Below, one piece after another: positions 25,238 through 35,822 of a DNA stretch of 64,000 nt; position 1 is the first letter of the stretch, and every line of letters starts with the position of its first letter. Source of the stretch: an uncultured Candidatus Saccharibacteria bacterium. GTDB lineage: Bacteria; Patescibacteriota; Minisyncoccia; UBA6257; 2-01-FULL-56-20. Below the pieces are notes generated by a model. It was not told the origin of the DNA and did no database searches. It saw nothing but the letters and a program-made list of their open reading frames with translations. Location of the stretch: assembly GCA_964361095.1 (NCBI GenBank), contig CAYHZA010000004.1:2236-66235 (forward strand), read 5' to 3'. A program made the position numbers and the translations under genes.

Positions 25238-26889
25238 TATTTTAAGATTCTTCTTGTTTTTAAATACCAAAACGGGGTGGTGCGCAGATGATCCGCGGGT
25301 TCGTTAATCAGTTGACCGGGCACGCCTTTCAGATCTTTGTCGGTTATCAGAAGATAGTGCGGAGAATAAAGAAAAATAGCAGGGTAATCGCTTGCGATGA
25401 CGTCTTGGAATTCATAGAACTCTTTTTGTCTCGTTTCAAAATCAAAGTTTTGTCTGATTGTCTCAATAAGACGATCCGCTTCCTTATTACTATAAAGGCT
25501 TAAGTTGAGGCCGGGATAAAAACGTTCCGAGGAGTGCCAGAACGCGTAGGGCTCGAATCCGAGATTTAAAATATTTCCGAAGAGAAGTACCTGGTACTCT
25601 CGATTTTTAATGACCGGATCGGTGATTTGATCGAGGGGTAATTCCCGAAGCGTTGTTTGTACTCCAAGCTTTGTCCATTGGGTTTGGATAAGCCGTGCGG
25701 TTTCTTTAAGGAAAAAAACGTCCGGAACCGTTATGGATACGGCAAGTTCGACGGTTGCGCTTTTTATTTTCTTTTCGCGGATTCCGCTTGTATTGAGAAT
25801 CCACCCCTCATCGTCAAGGAGTTGATTCGCTAATACGATTGACGTTGACGCATTTTGAAGTTTTGGATTAAAGTAGGGCGAAATTGAGGGGAGGGGACCA
25901 TAAGCAACTTCCGCTTGTCCGGAAAATACTTTTTGTATGATCTCATTTTTATCTATTGCAAGGGTGAGCGCTTCACGAACCGATGCTTCTTTGAGCGCGA
26001 TATTCTGGCTTTGGTTCAAAAAGAGCGCGTAGTAATTCGGTAACGCGAACGAAGAGCTGGCGTAGGGACGTTTAATGCCATCTAAATCTTCCGGGTCAAC
26101 TCCGGGAAGACCATCAATACGCCCAAGGTTAAACGCTTGGATCAAGTCCTCTTTTTTTGAGAACAATTTTATGTTCAGGCGGTCAATGAAAGGACGCTCG
26201 CTAAAATATTTTGTGTTGGCCTTAAGGTGATAGTCCGTGATAAAGCCGTCGGATTTTATCTCGTATGATTCAAAGCGATAAGGTCCGCTCCCGATCGGTT
26301 TCAGGTTGAAATTTGAGATACGCCAGTTCGCGACGGGAATATCAAGGAACAAATGCCGAGGAAGGATATAGAGATTTTTAAGATAACCCTCGAAGAATGC
26401 ATAGGGCGTGCCTACATTGAATTGGAGTTCAAGTTCGCTTAATCGTTGCACCGCGACGCCTTGCCAATTTTCATGAAGGGGCGAAAGACTGTCAGGGTCT
26501 TGAATTTTCTGAATCGTAAAGGCGATATCATCGCTCGTGAGTTTTTGACCGTCGTGCCAAAAGAGATTTTCTTTGAGGCGGACCTTCCATGCGCGTCCTC
26601 CGTTTTCCGCTTCTATTTTTGAAGCGACGTCGCCGATATTGCTAAAGATAAGGCGTACGAGGGCCTTATCGATGTCGGTTTTCGCGATCACGGGATTAAT
26701 AAATGAAGGCTGATGGAGAAATCCTTCCGTGAAACTTCCGCCGTACCCGGGAACAACTTTTGTGCTCGTATTTACGATGGTCGCCGCAAGCAACGCGAAA
26801 CTTATCAGCGATCCAAGAGCTGCGACGAGAAAGATTGCTTGTTCGGTCCGATTCAGCGCCAAAAATATTTTTTTAAGCGTGGTGAACAT
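25237..26889 (-). CDS. ABC transporter substrate-binding protein, family 5
   Basis: N-terminal TM, FWHDGQKLTSDDIAFT, PIGSGPY and VREALTLAIDK. Confidence 0.9.
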   Translation of the reverse strand: MFTTLKKIFLALNRTEQAIFLVAALGSLISFALLAATIVNTSTKVVPGYGGSFTEGFLHQPSFINPVIAKTDIDKALVRLIFSNIGDVASKIEAENGGRAWKVRLKENLFWHDGQKLTSDDIAFTIQKIQDPDSLSPLHENWQGVAVQRLSELELQFNVGTPYAFFEGYLKNLYILPRHLFLDIPVANWRISNFNLKPIGSGPYRFESYEIKSDGFITDYHLKANTKYFSERPFIDRLNIKLFSKKEDLIQAFNLGRIDGLPGVDPEDLDGIKRPYASSSFALPNYYALFLNQSQNIALKEASVREALTLAIDKNEIIQKVFSGQAEVAYGPLPSISPYFNPKLQNASTSIVLANQLLDDEGWILNTSGIREKKIKSATVELAVSITVPDVFFLKETARLIQTQWTKLGVQTTLRELPLDQITDPVIKNREYQVLLFGNILNLGFEPYAFWHSSERFYPGLNLSLYSNKEADRLIETIRQNFDFETRQKEFYEFQDVIASDYPAIFLYSPHYLLITDKDLKGVPGQLINEPADHLRTTPFWYLKTRRILK

Positions 26890-26965
26890 ACGTACGTTGG
26901 TAAAAACTTATGAAGGAAAGAGAACTTCTTTTCGGAGCGTAGCCTTTCGCTCAAACTTTGGGTTC

Positions 26966-27178
26966 TTAGACGACGAGCTGGAAGATGGCTAATCCAACAA
27001 AGATAAGCGCGAGCACGATTGTGCCTCCGAAGATAAGCTTCTCGAGCCCCCTGCGGGTTTGATAGAATCCGCCGCTTTCGCCGCCAAAAATACCGGAAAG
27101 CCCCGCGGAGCGTTCCTGGAGTAATATCAGAATAATAAGAGCGATTGCGGTTATGATTTGGAGGATTGCGATAATCAT
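26966..27178 (-). CDS. secG: Preprotein translocase subunit SecG
   Basis: ILLQERSAGLSGIFGG..TRRGLEKL with two TM helices. Confidence 0.92.
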   Translation of the reverse strand: MIIAILQIITAIALIILILLQERSAGLSGIFGGESGGFYQTRRGLEKLIFGGTIVLALIFVGLAIFQLVV

Positions 27179-27531
27179 TTACTTTTTACGATAAGATGCA
27201 CAATAAGATTTGTAATGCCGATTATGAGTGTTCCATATATCAACGTTGGAATACCTTGAATGGTAATGTTTTTTGAAAGTGTGTCAAGAATAAAGAGGAC
27301 AAGAGCGTTTACGATGACGATTCCAATGCCGAAGGTGAGGAGAATAATCGGCCCGAGCATAAGCTTTAAGATCGGGCGAATGATGAGATTCAAAAGAGCG
27401 AGGATGAACGCAAGAAGCAAGAGACGGTACCAATCTCCCTGGAGCTCGAATCCCGGAATAAACCGATTCGCGATAAAAAGGCCGAGAGCATTGCCGAGAA
27501 TACTTGCGATGATTTTTATAAAAAACTTCAT
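27175..27531 (-). CDS. Phage-holin-family (YvlD/DUF360-like) membrane protein
   Basis: LNLIIRPILKLMLGPIILLTFG..VNAL. Confidence 0.85.
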   Translation of the reverse strand: MKFFIKIIASILGNALGLFIANRFIPGFELQGDWYRLLLLAFILALLNLIIRPILKLMLGPIILLTFGIGIVIVNALVLFILDTLSKNITIQGIPTLIYGTLIIGITNLIVHLIVKSK

Positions 27532-27590
27532 CTCTCTATAACACAGTATACCACGCCAAAGATTTTGTTACTCGGTTTTTTAGATGAACG

Positions 27591-29126
27591 TTACAAAAGA
27601 TCGCGCAAAAGATTTCGCCCCGTCATTTCTTTCGGAACGGGAATTTCCATGAGGGTGAGTATCGTTGGCGCGATATCGGCGAGGATGCCGATCGGTTGTC
27701 GGATGTTGTTTTGATTGTAGAATTTTTTATTTTTAAATTCAGGAGCGATAACGTGAAAAGGAACGGGGTTTGGATCGTGCTGGGTTTCGGAGCTTCCCGT
27801 CATTGGATTCAGCAGCTCTTCGGCGTTCCCGTGGTCAGAGGTGATGACGAGTATGGTTTCCGTATTTTCAATACCTTTTATGATTCTTCCGATTTCTTTG
27901 TCGATAGCCTTTACCGCTTCTATGGTGGCATCATAGTTTCCGGTATGCGCGATGGTGTCGGGATTGGCGTAATTTGCGAGAATAAAATCGAATGACTGAT
28001 TTTCAATTGCCTGTAGGATACGGTCGGTGATTGCGGGTGCCATCATCTGCGGGTGCTCATATACCTTAGGAGTGCTTAACGAGGGGATCAACACGCGGTA
28101 TTCATTTTTAAATGGGGGTTCTTCATAGCCGTTGAAAAAGTAGGTGACATGCGCGTATTTGTAACTTTCAGCGACACGCAGTTGGGTTTTGCCCGCTTCG
28201 CTTACGACGCGTCCAAGGGGCTGCACCACCTTTTCGGGGGGATAGGCCACCGGAACCGTGAAGCGGTCCTCGTAGTGGGTCATGGTGGCAATATAAACAT
28301 TCGTAAGTTTTTTCGTTGGAAACTTGTCGAACGAAGGTACGATAAACGCTTCGGCGAGCTGTCGAATGCTGTCTTCACGAAAATTGAAAAAAAGAATTGA
28401 TTCGTTATCGCGAACAACCCCTTCTTTCATAAAGCGGACTGGCGGAAGAAATTCTTCGGTGGTGCCTTGTTTGTAGTGCGCCTCAATGATCGCCGGAAGT
28501 TCCGTGATATTTTGGGTACGTATTTCTCCTTCGTTCGTGATCGCCTCATACGCTTTTTGAGTGAGTGACCAATTTCCTTCCCGATCCATCGCATAGTAGC
28601 GACCGACGAGTGTCGCGATCTTTTCTTTCGGAATTGCCCGTAGAAATGACTCAAGGGTTTGAGGGGGACTATCTTTGCCGTCGCTGAAGAGATGGAGTTT
28701 TACGGGAACTTGTTCCTTCTCTCCCATGTTTATTAATGCCTCAAGGTGTTCCAGTGAAGCATGTACGTTTCCCTTGCTTAAAAGACCCAGAAGATTTACT
28801 GCTGACGAATTCTTTTTCGCGTGAAGGAACGCGTCTTTTATCGCTTTATTCTCAAAGAATGTGCCGTCTCGCACGGCGAGCGTGAGACGCGGAAAATATT
28901 GATAGAGAACCTTTCCCGCTCCTATGGTGAGGTGCCCTACTTCGCTGTTTCCGACTTCTCCCCAAGGAAGGCCGACGCTGATTCCGGAGGCCTGCAGGCT
29001 TGTTGCAGGGTAGTTCTCTTTAAGAAATTGGAAGTTTTCGGGTTTTACGACATAGAGGGGATTTGATTCGTCATCGCGACCTATTCCCCAGCCGTCCAAT
29101 ATCAACAAAACAAGAGTTTTTTTCAT
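27591..29126 (-). CDS. gpmI: 2,3-bisphosphoglycerate-independent phosphoglycerate mutase
   Basis: LILDGWG, GNSEVGH, GRYYAMDR, KYAHVTYF and TSDHGNAE. Confidence 0.96.
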   Translation of the reverse strand: MKKTLVLLILDGWGIGRDDESNPLYVVKPENFQFLKENYPATSLQASGISVGLPWGEVGNSEVGHLTIGAGKVLYQYFPRLTLAVRDGTFFENKAIKDAFLHAKKNSSAVNLLGLLSKGNVHASLEHLEALINMGEKEQVPVKLHLFSDGKDSPPQTLESFLRAIPKEKIATLVGRYYAMDREGNWSLTQKAYEAITNEGEIRTQNITELPAIIEAHYKQGTTEEFLPPVRFMKEGVVRDNESILFFNFREDSIRQLAEAFIVPSFDKFPTKKLTNVYIATMTHYEDRFTVPVAYPPEKVVQPLGRVVSEAGKTQLRVAESYKYAHVTYFFNGYEEPPFKNEYRVLIPSLSTPKVYEHPQMMAPAITDRILQAIENQSFDFILANYANPDTIAHTGNYDATIEAVKAIDKEIGRIIKGIENTETILVITSDHGNAEELLNPMTGSSETQHDPNPVPFHVIAPEFKNKKFYNQNNIRQPIGILADIAPTILTLMEIPVPKEMTGRNLLRDLL

Positions 29127-29347
29127 ATATTCTTTATTTTACGTGATTTTCCTGTATTTGACACGTTTTCCCCGTTTACTCCACGAGAAGAGGGCAAGTA
29201 TGGCAAGACGAACAGTGTCGAGCTTGAATTGACTGGATCGATTTTTTGAGCTATCATAGTAGGCGAAAGAGTCAATTAAAAACAAAGGACCACATTCCTA
29301 GAAAATTCACTTTTCTTAACTAATGAAGAATTTAGGAATCAAAAACT

Positions 29348-30871
29348 ATGGCATTTGGAATTACGTGGCTTGTAGGCGGCGCTGTTTTGGGATTTGCGCT
29401 CGGGTATTTTGCGCGCAGGTATCTTCTCGGCTCGCACGCTAGCTCGGTTGAGCAAAAAATTAAATTACAGCTTGAGGAAGCAGAGCGAAAAGCAAAAGAA
29501 ATTATTCTCGAAGGAGAGAAGAAAGGGACGGAGCTTTTGACCGAGATAACCCAGCAAGGAAAAGAACGCCAGGCTCAACTTGCTCATTTAGAAAGTCGTG
29601 TGTTGGCTCGGGAAGATGCTCTCGACAAACGATTTAACGCCGTAAGCGAAGAGGAGGCATCATTTAAAGTGAAGGTGGAAGAGGTGAAACACAAAGAAGA
29701 AGAGCTCCAGGCGGCGCGTGAGGATATAGAAGGACGGCTTGAAAAAGTAAGCGGACTTACGCGCGATGCGGCTCGTGGTGAACTTTTTCACCAGATTCGA
29801 GAAACATATCGTGAAGATTTGGCCGCAACGCTCCAAAAACTAAATCAAGAACGGCGTGATGAGATAGAAAAAAAATCAGTTGAAATTTTAGCCACGGCTC
29901 TTCAGCGGTATGCGCGTTCGCATGTTTCGGAAATGACCACGACGGCTTTTCCTCTTAACGATGAGGAGCTTAAAGGAAAGATCATAGGTCGCGAGGGACG
30001 GAACATCAGAGCGCTTGAGCGCGCGACTGGCGTTGAATTTGTAATCGACGAAACTCCCGACAGTATCGTGATTTCTTCATTCGATCCTTACCGTCGCGAA
30101 GTAGCTCGAATGGCGCTTGAAAAACTTATCAAAGATGGCCGCATTCAACCCGCAAAGATCGAAGAGAAAGTCGAAGAGGCTCGACAAGAACTCAATAAGC
30201 GTATTTATGAAGTTGGCGAAGCGGCCGCTATGGAAATAGGAGTGTATGATCTTCCTAAAGAAATCATCCAACTTCTTGGACGTCTTCATTTCCGCACAAG
30301 TTATGGGCAGAATGTTTTGACGCACTCCTTGGAAATGGCTCACCTTGCCGGAATGCTTGCCGCGGAACTTGGGTTGAACGTTGACGTTGCAAAACGCGGC
30401 GCGCTTCTTCATGACATCGGGAAAGCCATCGACCATGAGGTTGAGGGAACTCACGTTGATTTGGGGATGAAGATTTTGAAGAAATATGGCGTAAACGAAG
30501 CAGTTATCCAGGCAATGCAGTCGCATCACGAGGATTATCCCTACGCGACTTCTGAGGCATATGTGATAACCGCGGTTGACGTGCTCTCCGCCGGACGCCC
30601 GGGAGCACGCCGCGGAACGCTTGAAAACTACATTAAACGATTGGGAGACCTGGAGAAGATCGCGAAAGAATTTCCGGGAGTAAAGAACGCCTATGCCATA
30701 TCTGCCGGCCGGGAATTACGGATATTCGTTCTTCCCGAAAAGATCGATGATTTCGGAGCCCTTGAAATGGCGCGCGAAGTTGCGAATCGGATACAGTCCG
30801 AGTTAAAATATCCCGGTGAGATCAAGGTGAACGTTATTCGAGAGATGCGCGCGGTAGAGTATGCCCGGTAA
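29348..30871 (+). CDS. rny: Ribonuclease Y
   Basis: N-terminal TM, coiled coil, KH domain KGKIIGREGRNIR and HD domain LLHDIGK. Confidence 0.97.
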   Translation: MAFGITWLVGGAVLGFALGYFARRYLLGSHASSVEQKIKLQLEEAERKAKEIILEGEKKGTELLTEITQQGKERQAQLAHLESRVLAREDALDKRFNAVSEEEASFKVKVEEVKHKEEELQAAREDIEGRLEKVSGLTRDAARGELFHQIRETYREDLAATLQKLNQERRDEIEKKSVEILATALQRYARSHVSEMTTTAFPLNDEELKGKIIGREGRNIRALERATGVEFVIDETPDSIVISSFDPYRREVARMALEKLIKDGRIQPAKIEEKVEEARQELNKRIYEVGEAAAMEIGVYDLPKEIIQLLGRLHFRTSYGQNVLTHSLEMAHLAGMLAAELGLNVDVAKRGALLHDIGKAIDHEVEGTHVDLGMKILKKYGVNEAVIQAMQSHHEDYPYATSEAYVITAVDVLSAGRPGARRGTLENYIKRLGDLEKIAKEFPGVKNAYAISAGRELRIFVLPEKIDDFGALEMAREVANRIQSELKYPGEIKVNVIREMRAVEYAR

Positions 30872-30925
30872 AAGTTTCGGCGCGCTCTAGAGATTCGATT
30901 TCGAACAATACTTTGTATAATTCCC

Positions 30926-32458
30926 ATGCTTCTTAAGCTGTCAAAATATTCTTTATACCTTCCGCTTTTGAGTGTTGTCGTCGTCGCGACTTCGACATTT
31001 TTCCCTTTTATAGGCGGCAAGTATTATTTTTTCCGCGTTACCGTTGAGCTTGCGCTCATTTTCTTTATTCTATGGTGGGCGTTTGAAGCGCGTGAAGGCG
31101 AAGTGGAACGGTTGGTGCGAGGAGTAGCTGCGCGGCCGTTGTTTCTTGCCGTATCGCTCTTTGTCCTCGTATTTTTGCTCGCCTCGGTTTTTGCTTATGA
31201 CGCGAACGGAGCATTCTGGTCAAGTTTTGAACGAGGCGAGGGCGGTTTTCAGATGCTCCATTATTATATTTTCTTCTTTCTTTTAATGGCTCTTTTTCGC
31301 GAATGGAAAGAGTGGAAAATCGCCTTTTGGGTTTCGATTGTTGCGGCGTTGCTTATGATCGCGTATGGTCTCTTTGCTTATATTCAACTTACTCCATGGG
31401 GACATGGTATTTTTTGCAATACAGTTACCCTTGATGGCACTCCGCGAGAGCGATGTGTTGGTTTTATCACGCCGTATTCTTCCGGTGATCCGGCAAAAAT
31501 TCCTGGAACTCTTTGGGGGCTTTTATCCAAAGAACGTTTTCAGGGAGCGCTTGGGAATCCGGCATATGTTGCTCCTTATCTTATGTTCATACTTTTTTAT
31601 GTCGGGTATCTTTGGATTAAGGGTTCATGGAAGAAGGAGTGGATCAAGCATTCTATTTTCGCCCTCCTCGCGCTCGTATTTTTACTTTTCTTTGTTTTAA
31701 GCCAGACGCGAGGAGCGTTTCTTGGTCTTGTTGCCGCCTTTGGAATTTTTTTGATATATTTCTCGATTTTTTCAAAAAAGTACAGGAAATATACTATTGG
31801 ATTCATTGTTTTTTGTGTGGTGATTGGGGGATTATTACTCAATCATGGTTATCGCAAAATTCTTCCCGGATCACTCGCTCGGCCTGTCGATGGGTTTTTG
31901 GAGAGTCCCTTGGGAAGTCCGCTGAATCGTTTTTTAGATCTTGGTTTTTCCGAAGCTACCGCCAGAACTCGTTTTTGGACTTGGAATTCCGCATGGCAAG
32001 GATTTAAGGATAGGCCTATCTTAGGATGGGGACCGGAAAATTTCAGTACCGTTTTTGACCGGCATTTTGATCCACGCCACTTCGTTCCCGGCCAAAATTC
32101 GGAAACATGGTTTGATCGGGCTCATAGTGTTATTTTTGACTATTTGTCCGAGACGGGGCTTCTAGGACTCTTGAGCTATCTTTCCGTTTTTGTAATTTTT
32201 TACTGGCAATTTTTCCGCAGCGTTTCTCTTCGCACCATTCGAGGGAACCATGACCGTGAGAATCATGCGCATAGACATGAAATAATACTCATGGGGCTGG
32301 TTTTCGTCATGCCGGTCGCGTATCTCGTCCAAGGACTTTTTCTTTTTGACGTTCTTCCGATTTACCTCAACCTCTTTTTCTTCCTTGCTTTCGCTGATTA
32401 TCTTTTTTCCCAACATCATAATACAGGAAGTCGAACCTTGAATTCTCATATATCATGA
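30926..32458 (+). CDS. O-antigen ligase / O-oligosaccharyltransferase family membrane protein
   Basis: Many TMs, LGNPAY, SQTRGAFLG, RPILGWGPENF and FDRAHS. Confidence 0.88.
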   Translation: MLLKLSKYSLYLPLLSVVVVATSTFFPFIGGKYYFFRVTVELALIFFILWWAFEAREGEVERLVRGVAARPLFLAVSLFVLVFLLASVFAYDANGAFWSSFERGEGGFQMLHYYIFFFLLMALFREWKEWKIAFWVSIVAALLMIAYGLFAYIQLTPWGHGIFCNTVTLDGTPRERCVGFITPYSSGDPAKIPGTLWGLLSKERFQGALGNPAYVAPYLMFILFYVGYLWIKGSWKKEWIKHSIFALLALVFLLFFVLSQTRGAFLGLVAAFGIFLIYFSIFSKKYRKYTIGFIVFCVVIGGLLLNHGYRKILPGSLARPVDGFLESPLGSPLNRFLDLGFSEATARTRFWTWNSAWQGFKDRPILGWGPENFSTVFDRHFDPRHFVPGQNSETWFDRAHSVIFDYLSETGLLGLLSYLSVFVIFYWQFFRSVSLRTIRGNHDRENHAHRHEIILMGLVFVMPVAYLVQGLFLFDVLPIYLNLFFFLAFADYLFSQHHNTGSRTLNSHIS

Positions 32459-33144
32459 CGCTGCGCACTATCAAACAAATTATTGCCGCAGTGCTTGTTT
32501 CGATGATTTTAGGGATTGCCTATTATGGCTCATATCTTCCCCTTAGAAAATCACAGGCGTTTATTGTCGCTCTTCGAAGTCCGGGTCCCGTTGCTACGTT
32601 TGATGATTTTAAGAAAGTTTTTTCGGTTCCGCTTGATGCTCCATCGCCGATCGGTCAAGAAGAGTTGGTGCGGAATTTCGCAAATAATATTGTGAATGTC
32701 GTAAACCAACAAGGGACCAATCCAAAACTGACCGAAGAGGCCATCCAGCACCTTGATTCGTATTTTACCCCTATTCTCGAGAGGGGACGCGGATTAAGTT
32801 TTGCCCAAAATTTATATATCCTTGGGGCGTTAAATGAACTTGCTCTTTTTAAAACGCGCGATGTAAAAAATGGCCAGATACAGTTGCGATATCTTGTTGC
32901 CGCAAAAAATTATTTTTCTCAAGGTTTTGCCCTGGGTCCGAAGAGGCCACAATTTCTTTATGGTATGTTCGATGTAACAAGGGCGGAATATGATATCCTA
33001 CGCGCTCAAGGTCAAAAACAGGAAGCTGAGGCAAAAAAACAAGAAGCAGTAAAAATTGGAAAACAGATTTTGAATCAGTGGCCTACGGACGAAAAAACGC
33101 AAAAGGCACTTACGGAATTTTTGAATCATACTTTGACTAAATAG
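32455..33144 (+). CDS. Membrane-anchored helical (TPR-like) protein, probably the separated C-terminal domain of the ligase
   Basis: ATGA overlap with the ligase, N-terminal TM, and a ..ALGPKRPQFLY.. TPR-like pattern. Confidence 0.6.
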   Translation: MTLRTIKQIIAAVLVSMILGIAYYGSYLPLRKSQAFIVALRSPGPVATFDDFKKVFSVPLDAPSPIGQEELVRNFANNIVNVVNQQGTNPKLTEEAIQHLDSYFTPILERGRGLSFAQNLYILGALNELALFKTRDVKNGQIQLRYLVAAKNYFSQGFALGPKRPQFLYGMFDVTRAEYDILRAQGQKQEAEAKKQEAVKIGKQILNQWPTDEKTQKALTEFLNHTLTK

Positions 33145-33167
33145 TCATAGCGTGGTATTAACATTGG

Positions 33168-34175
33168 ATGAAGAAAGCCCTTATTTTTGGAGTGACCGGC
33201 CAGGATGGAAGCTATCTTATGGAACTTCTTTTGGCGAAGGGGTATGAAGCTCATGGCGTGATTCGCCGAGCATCAACGTTTAATACCGGCCGAATCGATC
33301 ATCTCTATAATGACCCGCACGTGAACGATGCCGGGGCGCCGCGCATGCATCTTCACCATGGCGACTTGGCAGATGCGAGTACGATAAGAAAATTAATTTA
33401 TAAAATCGGTCCGGATGAAATATATAATCTTGGGGCACAGTCGCACGTTCGGGTTTCTTTTGATATTCCGGAATATACGGCGAATATTGTCGGATTAGGA
33501 GCGTTGCGTCTTCTTGAAGCTATTAAAGATTATGAAGAACAGATGGGGAAAAAGATTAAATTTTACCAGGCTTCGAGTTCGGAGATGTTTGGCGGGGCTC
33601 CTCCTCCCCAGAACGAGGAAACAAAATTTTATCCCCGTAGTCCTTATGGAATCGCGAAGGTTTTCGCATATAACACAACGCGAAATTATCGGGAGGCCTA
33701 TGGAATTTTTGCATCCAACGGAATTTTATTTAACCACGAGTCTGAACGGCGCGGAGAAACGTTCGTGACGCGGAAAATAACGCGCGGTATCGCTCGCATT
33801 AAGGCCGGTTTGGATAAAAAAATATACCTCGGGAATCTCGATGCTCGGCGTGATTGGGGGTATGCCCCGGAATACGTTGAGGCGATGTGGCGTATGTTGC
33901 AACAGCCCGAACCGGACGATTACGTCATCGGTACAGGGGAGTCGCACACGATCCGTGAGTTCGTAGAACTCGCGTTTCGTCATGCGGGTTTGCCGGATTG
34001 GGAAAAGTATATCGGTATTGATCCGCGTTACTATCGCCCAACCGAGGTGGAGCATTTAGTGGCCGATTGCACGAAAGCGAAAACAAAAATAGGATGGGAG
34101 CCTAAAACAAAATTCAATGACCTCGTGAAAATCATGCTCGAGGCGGATTTAAAGGCTCATGGATTTAAAAACTAA
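33168..34175 (+). CDS. gmd: GDP-mannose 4,6-dehydratase
   Basis: [26 protein letters not shown] and ETFVTRKI. Preceded by a TTGACT-17-TATTAA promoter. Confidence 0.97.
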   Translation: MKKALIFGVTGQDGSYLMELLLAKGYEAHGVIRRASTFNTGRIDHLYNDPHVNDAGAPRMHLHHGDLADASTIRKLIYKIGPDEIYNLGAQSHVRVSFDIPEYTANIVGLGALRLLEAIKDYEEQMGKKIKFYQASSSEMFGGAPPPQNEETKFYPRSPYGIAKVFAYNTTRNYREAYGIFASNGILFNHESERRGETFVTRKITRGIARIKAGLDKKIYLGNLDARRDWGYAPEYVEAMWRMLQQPEPDDYVIGTGESHTIREFVELAFRHAGLPDWEKYIGIDPRYYRPTEVEHLVADCTKAKTKIGWEPKTKFNDLVKIMLEADLKAHGFKN

Positions 34176-35106
34176 AAAAATTCTCGTAACCGGCGGACAT
34201 GGTTTTTTGGGTAGGCATTTAGTGCGCCGATTATCTGAGATTAATGAGGTTTCTGAATCCCAACTTTTTATTCCTGATGCTCAAGAATGTGACCTGCGAA
34301 GATGGGAAAACTGCGTTCGAGTTGTTAAGGGAATTGACGTAGTGATTCATTTAGCAGGAAAAGTGGGGGGTATCGGTTTTAACGAAGAAAAGCCTGCCGA
34401 GCTTTTTTACGACAATATTGTTATGGGTGTTCAATTGATGGAGGCGGCACGCCAAGCGAACGTCCAAAAATTTGTTGCACTTGGAACGATTTGTTCGTAT
34501 CCTAAGCTTACCCCTGCGCCCTTTAAGGAAGATGATATTTGGAACGGTTATCCCGAAGAGACAAATGCTCCCTATGGTCTTGCTAAAAAGATGCTCTTGG
34601 TGCAAGCACAGGCGTATCGTTCGCAGTATGGGTTCAACGCCATTACCATCTTTCCCGTTAATATGTATGGCCCGGAAGATAATTTTGACTTGGCAAGTTC
34701 CCATGTTATTCCGGCGATTATCCGTAAGGTTGCGGAAGCCAAGGATCAAAATCAAAAATCCATCAGCGTATGGGGAACGGGAGAGCCAACTCGTGAGTTT
34801 ATCTACGTAGAGGATGCCGCGCGGGGAATTATTTTAGCTACGGAGTCTTATGATAAACCGGAACCGGTTAATCTTGGATCGGGCGTCGAGATTTCTATTA
34901 AAAATTTGGTGCATCTTATCTGTGAACTTATGGAATTTCGCGGTGAGGTTGTATGGGACAATTTACGGCCAGACGGTCAGCCCAGGAGGCTTCTTGATGT
35001 GACGAGGGCTGAAAAAGAATTTGGTTTTCGGGCAGAAATGGATTTCAAAGAAGGTCTAAAGAAAACAATTGGATGGTGGGTCGATCAACACCTTAAAAAA
35101 CATTAA
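34159..35106 (+). CDS. fcl: GDP-L-fucose synthase (epimerase-reductase)
   Basis: GGHGFLG, VGGI, GTICSYP (catalytic Cys), YGLAK, SHVIP (catalytic His) and DGQPRR. Confidence 0.92.
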   Translation: MDLKTKKILVTGGHGFLGRHLVRRLSEINEVSESQLFIPDAQECDLRRWENCVRVVKGIDVVIHLAGKVGGIGFNEEKPAELFYDNIVMGVQLMEAARQANVQKFVALGTICSYPKLTPAPFKEDDIWNGYPEETNAPYGLAKKMLLVQAQAYRSQYGFNAITIFPVNMYGPEDNFDLASSHVIPAIIRKVAEAKDQNQKSISVWGTGEPTREFIYVEDAARGIILATESYDKPEPVNLGSGVEISIKNLVHLICELMEFRGEVVWDNLRPDGQPRRLLDVTRAEKEFGFRAEMDFKEGLKKTIGWWVDQHLKKH

Positions 35107-35124
35107 TCATTATTTATAACTATT

Positions 35125-35814
35125 ATGTCGCAGAAAGTGTATCCCGAATGGAGCCTCGTAGGATTTGCCGATGATGAATTGACGGCTCAGCAAATTAAAA
35201 AAATCATTGATACGCATGGCGTTCGCAATGTTGTTGAAACGGGAATTTTTGAGGGGAAAACAACGAATCGTTTCCGATTGATGGGAGTTAACGTCATCGG
35301 TGTTGAGATCAATCCGGAATATGCAGAGAACTCTAAGACTCTCATTGAGCGCGAAGGAGGTAACGTTGAGATAATAAAAAAATTCTGGGAGACGAACGAA
35401 AAGACACTTCTTGATTCGTCGGTCGTAAAAATCATATTAGGAAATAGCCCGGATGTTATGAAGACGGTCGCTCCCATCCTTCAGAAAAACGGTCTTACGC
35501 TTTATTTTCTCGATGCGCATTGGGGGGATTATTGGCCGATTCGCGACGAGATAGCGGTGCTCCAAAACTATGATAATCTTATTATTATAGCGGATGATTT
35601 TAAGGTGCCCGGAAAGGATTGGGGCTATGTTTCTTATAAAGGAAAGGATTTAGATTGGCATTATATTGAAGATGTTGTAAATGGTTTTAAGAAAAAATAC
35701 CGCTACTTTTATTCCCGAGAATTGAGCGAAAAGAGCGCATTGCACGGCAAGATTTATATTTTTATTGGGCCTATTGCCGATACGCTCGAGAATTTCGACG
35801 GCGAGGGCGAATAG
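35125..35814 (+). CDS. Putative SAM-dependent methyltransferase-fold protein
   Basis: VETGIFEG, GVEIN and FLDAHW motifs. Confidence 0.65.
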   Translation: MSQKVYPEWSLVGFADDELTAQQIKKIIDTHGVRNVVETGIFEGKTTNRFRLMGVNVIGVEINPEYAENSKTLIEREGGNVEIIKKFWETNEKTLLDSSVVKIILGNSPDVMKTVAPILQKNGLTLYFLDAHWGDYWPIRDEIAVLQNYDNLIIIADDFKVPGKDWGYVSYKGKDLDWHYIEDVVNGFKKKYRYFYSRELSEKSALHGKIYIFIGPIADTLENFDGEGE

Positions 35815-35822
35815 CGGCAATT

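Noticed and set aside
27175-27531. Holin-family gene as a sign of prophage
   Set aside because: It is a common chromosomal YvlD-like gene between gpmI and secG, with no phage genes nearby.
29280-29345. Hairpin before rny as a 6S RNA
   Set aside because: It is only a short AT-rich stem (ATTCCTA/TAGGAAT) and is more likely a 5' UTR structure.
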